64,000 nt of DNA from the human T2T-CHM13v2.0 reference genome, Homo sapiens. Within the stretch, counting starts at the first letter, position 1. Each line of letters starts with the position of its first letter. Below, piece after piece: positions 59,937 through 64,000 of this stretch. The stretch is taken from assembly GCF_009914755.1 (NCBI RefSeq), contig NC_060943.1; one strand, given 5' to 3'. The translations under genes were made by a program, and so were the position numbers. The notes below the pieces were generated by a model. That model worked only from the letters and a program-made list of their open reading frames with translations. It had not been told where the DNA came from and ran no database searches.

Positions 59937-60986
59937 GTAGGGGAAGCTTGCGGGCTGGCAGGAGGGGGACTTCTGGGTCCCAGAGGAATGGGGGGCTGGA
60001 ACTCCAGTGTCCTGGGGGCTAGGGGGTGGGACGAGGGTATCCCGAGGCTGGGGGAAGGGGCGCACGGATGTTTGAGTCCTGGAGAAATCTGGGGTTGGGA
60101 GACCTGGACACGGGGGTCTGGGGCATCTGGACACCTGGCTGGGAGGTTTGGGGGCGGCCTGGTTCCTGGGGTTAGGGGGTGTTCTGAACGCCTGGTCCTG
60201 GAGGAATGAAGACCTAACTGAAAACGTTAGGGGATCAGGAGACCAGGACACCTGGGCCCCGAGTGTCGGGTCAATCCTGGGGGCGTCCTGGGGCAGAGGC
60301 TGCGGCGGCTGCGTCCGGGGCTGGGGCTCGCGCGCCGGGGTCTTCAGGGAGGAAGTTGTGGTCGTGGGGATGTGGCGGTCCGAACACGTGGCGCCATCCC
60401 GAGAGGCTGGGGGGATCCCTGGGCAGGACACAGGATGGGGGTCCCTGCCCTCTGCCCCCTGCCTCCTTAGCCCAGCCGGGAAAACAGGGTGCAGATCCGG
60501 GGAGTCAGACACCGGGGATGGGCTTGGGGGGCGGGTCCTCGGGGCAGAGGGCTCCGGGGGCTGGGGCGTGCGTGCCTGGCCCGGGAGGCGCCCGCCCCCC
60601 GCCCGGCTTGGGCATGCTTGGCACGCAGCGCGCGGGCCGGTTCGATCCGTATGCGCGCCGCGTGCGCCCATTGGTATGCGGGAGCCGGCCCGGCGCGGGC
60701 GTGAGGCGGGCGCGCTGGCGGGCGGCGCGGGGGAGGCGGCGGCGGGGCACGTCCTCACCCGGAGCGCCAGCCCCGGGCCGGCTAGGGTGGGAGCTGAGGC
60801 CTCCAGGTAGGGGAAACTGAGGCATCATCCAGGCCCCCCCCCCCCCAGCTCCTTGCTGGGACCCTGAGCCCTGCACGGATCTCAGTTTCCCTAGAAGGTC
60901 TCCCGAGGGCACTAAGCGTTGCCCCTGGCCCCCTCCCGCTGCAGGAGACTCGGGGCTCGGAGCCCGCCTGAGCGAGCCCCCCGGAG

Positions 60987-61108
60987 ATGGCGGCCCCCTA
61001 TCCCGGCAGTGGCGGCGGAAGCGAGGTCAAATGCGTGGGAGGCCGCGGCGCCAGCGTCCCCTGGGACTTTCTACCCGGGCTGATGGTCAAGGCGCCGTCC
61101 GGACCGTG
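60987..61108 (+). CDS. NPAS1: NPAS1 first coding exon (exon starts 60945): MAAPYPGSGGGSEVKCVGGRGASVPWDFLPGLMVKAPSGP(C)
   Basis: ccctcccgctgcag acceptor ending at 60944; strong Kozak gagATGg; TG|gtgagc donor; joins the bHLH exon in frame. Confidence 0.92.
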
Positions 61109-61550
61109 GTGAGCAAAGCCCCGCCCCCCTGGCCGCGGACCCCCCCCCGGGTCCAATTCACACCCGATGTTCTGTCCCCGTGCCAAGGGGCAGTTCACAC
61201 CCAGCTCCCTGACCCGCCCCTTAGGGCTAGAAGGTCTTACCTTGAGTTAACTACCGTCCTGAGCCCGGTCCCCTGCGTTCTGCTTCTAGTCCCGGTCCTC
61301 AGAATTCACGCCCAACATCTTTAATCTCTCGCCCTTCCTCCTCCTTCCCACCAGAATTGACACTCGAGGTTCTGTCCCTGGGTCGGAGTGTAAAATCCAC
61401 ACTCCGGTCTGCTCCCACCTCCAGAGATGTGGAATCCACTCCCAACGTCCCGTCCCGTTCCCAAGGCCCCGGGAGGCGGGGCTCGCCCCCAGTTCCCAAG
61501 CCCCTGAGCCCCGGGGCCCCGCCGACACCTCCTCCGCGCCGCCCGCCCAG

Positions 61551-61786
61551 CCTGCAGGCGCAGCGCAAGGAGAAGTCCCGGAACGCGGCGCGCTCGCGGC
61601 GCGGGAAGGAGAACCTGGAGTTCTTCGAGCTGGCCAAGCTTCTCCCGCTGCCCGGCGCCATCTCCAGCCAGCTGGACAAGGCTTCCATCGTGCGCCTCAG
61701 CGTCACCTACCTCCGCCTGCGCCGGTTCGCCGCGCTGGGGGCGCCGCCCTGGGGGCTGAGAGCCGCGGGGCCGCCAGCTGGCCTCG
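61551..61786 (+). CDS. NPAS1: NPAS1 bHLH exon: [78 protein letters not shown]
   Basis: Class I bHLH-PAS (SIM/HIF/Trachealess-type) bHLH signature; cccag acceptor, G|gtgagt donor; the gene continues beyond the window. Confidence 0.97.
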
Positions 61787-63610
61787 GTGAGTGCTCATGC
61801 GCGGGGCGAGGGTCCCGGGGCCCTCCAGGCGGAGTCACTGCAGCCCAGATCCGGGCTGCGGGCCTGCCCTCGCCCAGATGCTTGTCTCTGGAGTCAGCCA
61901 GGACCTTTGCGTGTCCCTATCAGGTGGCTTCTGCTCTCCAAGCCTCAGTTTATTAAACTGTCAAATGGGCGCAAGAGGTTGGGAAGATTTCGTGAATTCT
62001 GCCCTAAACAAGGCCCTGGCAGTTCTAGTGGTCACTGGTAAATGCTATTCCTATATTTTTATTAGAGGAGAGGAATCATTATTACAACCAAAGAAACTCC
62101 CAGCTGCATGAGCGGGACAGAGGGGACTCACCCTGGCTTGGGACGCCCATTCGCTAATGGGCGAGATACCCTGGATCCAGACCTGAGGGGCCCCGGCGGG
62201 AACGCAAGGACTGTACAGTCTGAGCCCCCAGTTGGAGGAGCAAGAGGGAGACAGTATGATGTGGCGGATGAGATGGGGAACTTCAGGAAGATGCCCCAGG
62301 GTTCCTGTCGCCGCGCAGCCACCTCCCAGCTTTGCAACCCCGGGCAGGTCGCCTCACTTCTCTGTGCCTTAATGTGAAGTGGGAAAAAACGGTCCAACCT
62401 CCCCCAGGGGGCTGAGCAGAGAATCAACCAGGTCATATTTGCAAAGTCCCTGGAAGTGCCTAGCTCAGAGCAAGCCACCGCTATGCGGCCAATGCTGTTA
62501 TCAGCAGTAACCTTGCAGGGCTGCTGGAGGGGTTCGGGGCATGGAGGAGGGGGCGGGGGGGCTGTCGCTTTTGGAGCATCTCCTGCCTGTCTGGCACTTT
62601 TCTGAGCGCTGGGATCCAGCAGGAGAAACAATCTAGACAAAAGTCCCTGCCCCGGAGCGGCTGGCATCCTAGTGGCCAAGACGCAATAAAGAAATAGGCA
62701 AAGCAATATAATCTAGAATATGTAAAAATATAAACTCTGTAAGATACAGATAAATATCTAAGTTTATTATTATTACTCAGACTTTATTATTGAGACATAG
62801 AAGTGCTGTTATGTTATTATTACTTCTATTTTATGTGTTTGTTACAGCTTTGCGGTGATGAGGATAAGGCAGTGTGAGTGGTGTTTATCTGAAGTCTCAG
62901 GGCACCCCAGGCTACCCCTGTCCCCACCCCTCCAGGAGAAGAGGGTGTCCTTAGGGTGGGGTTGGAGGGGCTCCAATTCCCCTCCTGCCCCGTCCCAGGG
63001 GAAGAGGGGGGAGAGAAAATAGCATTGATTAAGCTCGCAATAAATCACCATTTAAATTTAAATAATCCGGCTTCCCAGGCGGTAATTAGGCGAATTGACT
63101 GGCGCGGAGAGAATGCGGCATTAGCGCCGCTGATTACTGTCATTACCGCGAACAACATGTGCGCCGGCGGGGGATAAACATCTTGTCTATTGTCCCCGAG
63201 CTGAAGGGGGGGAAAGGGGGGGCTAAGAGAGCCCCGGCGGCGTCCAGCCCCCCATTACCTGGATGAGCATTCCGGGGCTCAGAGGCATCAGGGGCTGGCT
63301 GAGGTCACAGCACTGACGTGGCAGAGCATGGACTTAATCGATCCCACCTCGACCACGGTGCCAAGTGGAAGTAGGGTCAGGACAGTGTGGGGGGGCTTGG
63401 TACTGCGTGGACTCCTATAGTCCCAAAACTGGGAAATCGGGGGACAGAGGCATTTCTAGCTCTACAGGGTCCCTAACAAGAGGCGAAGCACCTGCTTCCA
63501 TAGTTCAGAGGAGGAGCTGAGGACAGCATTTTAGCTGAAGCCACAGAGCAGAGCACTGTCAGTCACACTCTCTGAAGGGGAGGGGACTCCCATGCCCTCC
63601 TCAGTAATAA

Positions 63611-64000
63611 GCCAGGCACCATGGCTCACATCCGTAATCCCAGCACTTTGGGGCGCCAAGGTGGGAGGAAAGCTTTGGGCCAGGAGTTCGAGACCAGCCA
63701 GGGCAACATAGCAAAACCCTGGGCAATATAACAAAACCATGTCCCTACAAAAATAAAAATATTGGCTGGGCACGGTGGCTCACACCTGTAATCCCAGCAC
63801 TTTGGGAGGCCAAGGCGGGCAGATCACGAGGTCAGGAGTTCGAGACCATCCTGGCCAACATGGTAAAATCCCATCTCTACTAAAATACAAAAAATTAGCC
63901 GGGCGTGGTGGTGTGTGCCTGTAGTCCCAGCTACTCCGGAGGCTACGGCAGGGGAATCACTTGAACCCAGGAGGCGGAGATTGCAGTGAGCCGAGATCAC
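63611..64000 (+). mobile_element. Alu left monomer plus an Alu truncated by the window end
   Basis: Alu consensus matches. Confidence 0.9.

Larger units (their letters stand above)
59560..61880. promoter_or_regulatory. NPAS1: NPAS1 CpG island / promoter region
   Basis: Very high GC and CpG density; GC boxes (gggcggg ~59684-59690, ccccgcccccgcccg ~59729-59743); no TATA box seen. Confidence 0.9.

Noticed and set aside
59456-60912. 364-aa minus-strand and 185-220 aa plus-strand ORFs at the NPAS1 promoter
   Set aside because: Pro/Arg/Gly/Ala-rich products typical of CpG-island stop depletion
61357-61956. 199-aa single-exon reading of the bHLH ORF
   Set aside because: Only 61551-61786 is bounded by splice sites and bHLH-like; the flanks are intron

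Overview
Human/hominid genomic DNA, Alu-rich and containing one full-length SVA. From the encoded peptides I recognise the ARHGAP35-NPAS1 interval (chr19q13.3). About 1-27.9 kb is a long, repeat-rich ARHGAP35 intron. Four + strand coding exons follow (27886-27963, 29441-29572, 39201-39306, 40228-40585). They splice GT-AG in frame and encode the C-terminal part of the RhoGAP domain (GIYRVSG arginine finger) plus the Ser/Pro-rich tail of p190A RhoGAP. A ~4.4 kb 3' UTR with two AATAAA signals ends near 44.97 kb. A ~15 kb Alu-dense intergenic segment contains an SVA inserted into an Alu linker and a CTCF-like site. From ~59.6 kb a CpG island holds the 5' end of NPAS1: a probable non-coding exon 1, the ATG exon and the bHLH exon. 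Almost all other ORFs in the track are Alu, simple-repeat or GC-content artefacts. I see no new gene system. The best leads are regulatory: (1) an NPAS1 uORF in frame with the main CDS and separated from it by a single TGA, plus a possible second promoter that bypasses it; (2) a homeodomain-motif-dense element in NPAS1 intron 3; (3) the SVA; (4) a ~700 bp UG-rich intronic tract beside a cryptic acceptor; (5) a stop-free 210-nt potential circRNA; (6) a ~390-codon alternative frame across the ARHGAP35 stop. Repeat boundaries and subfamily names were read by eye and are approximate.
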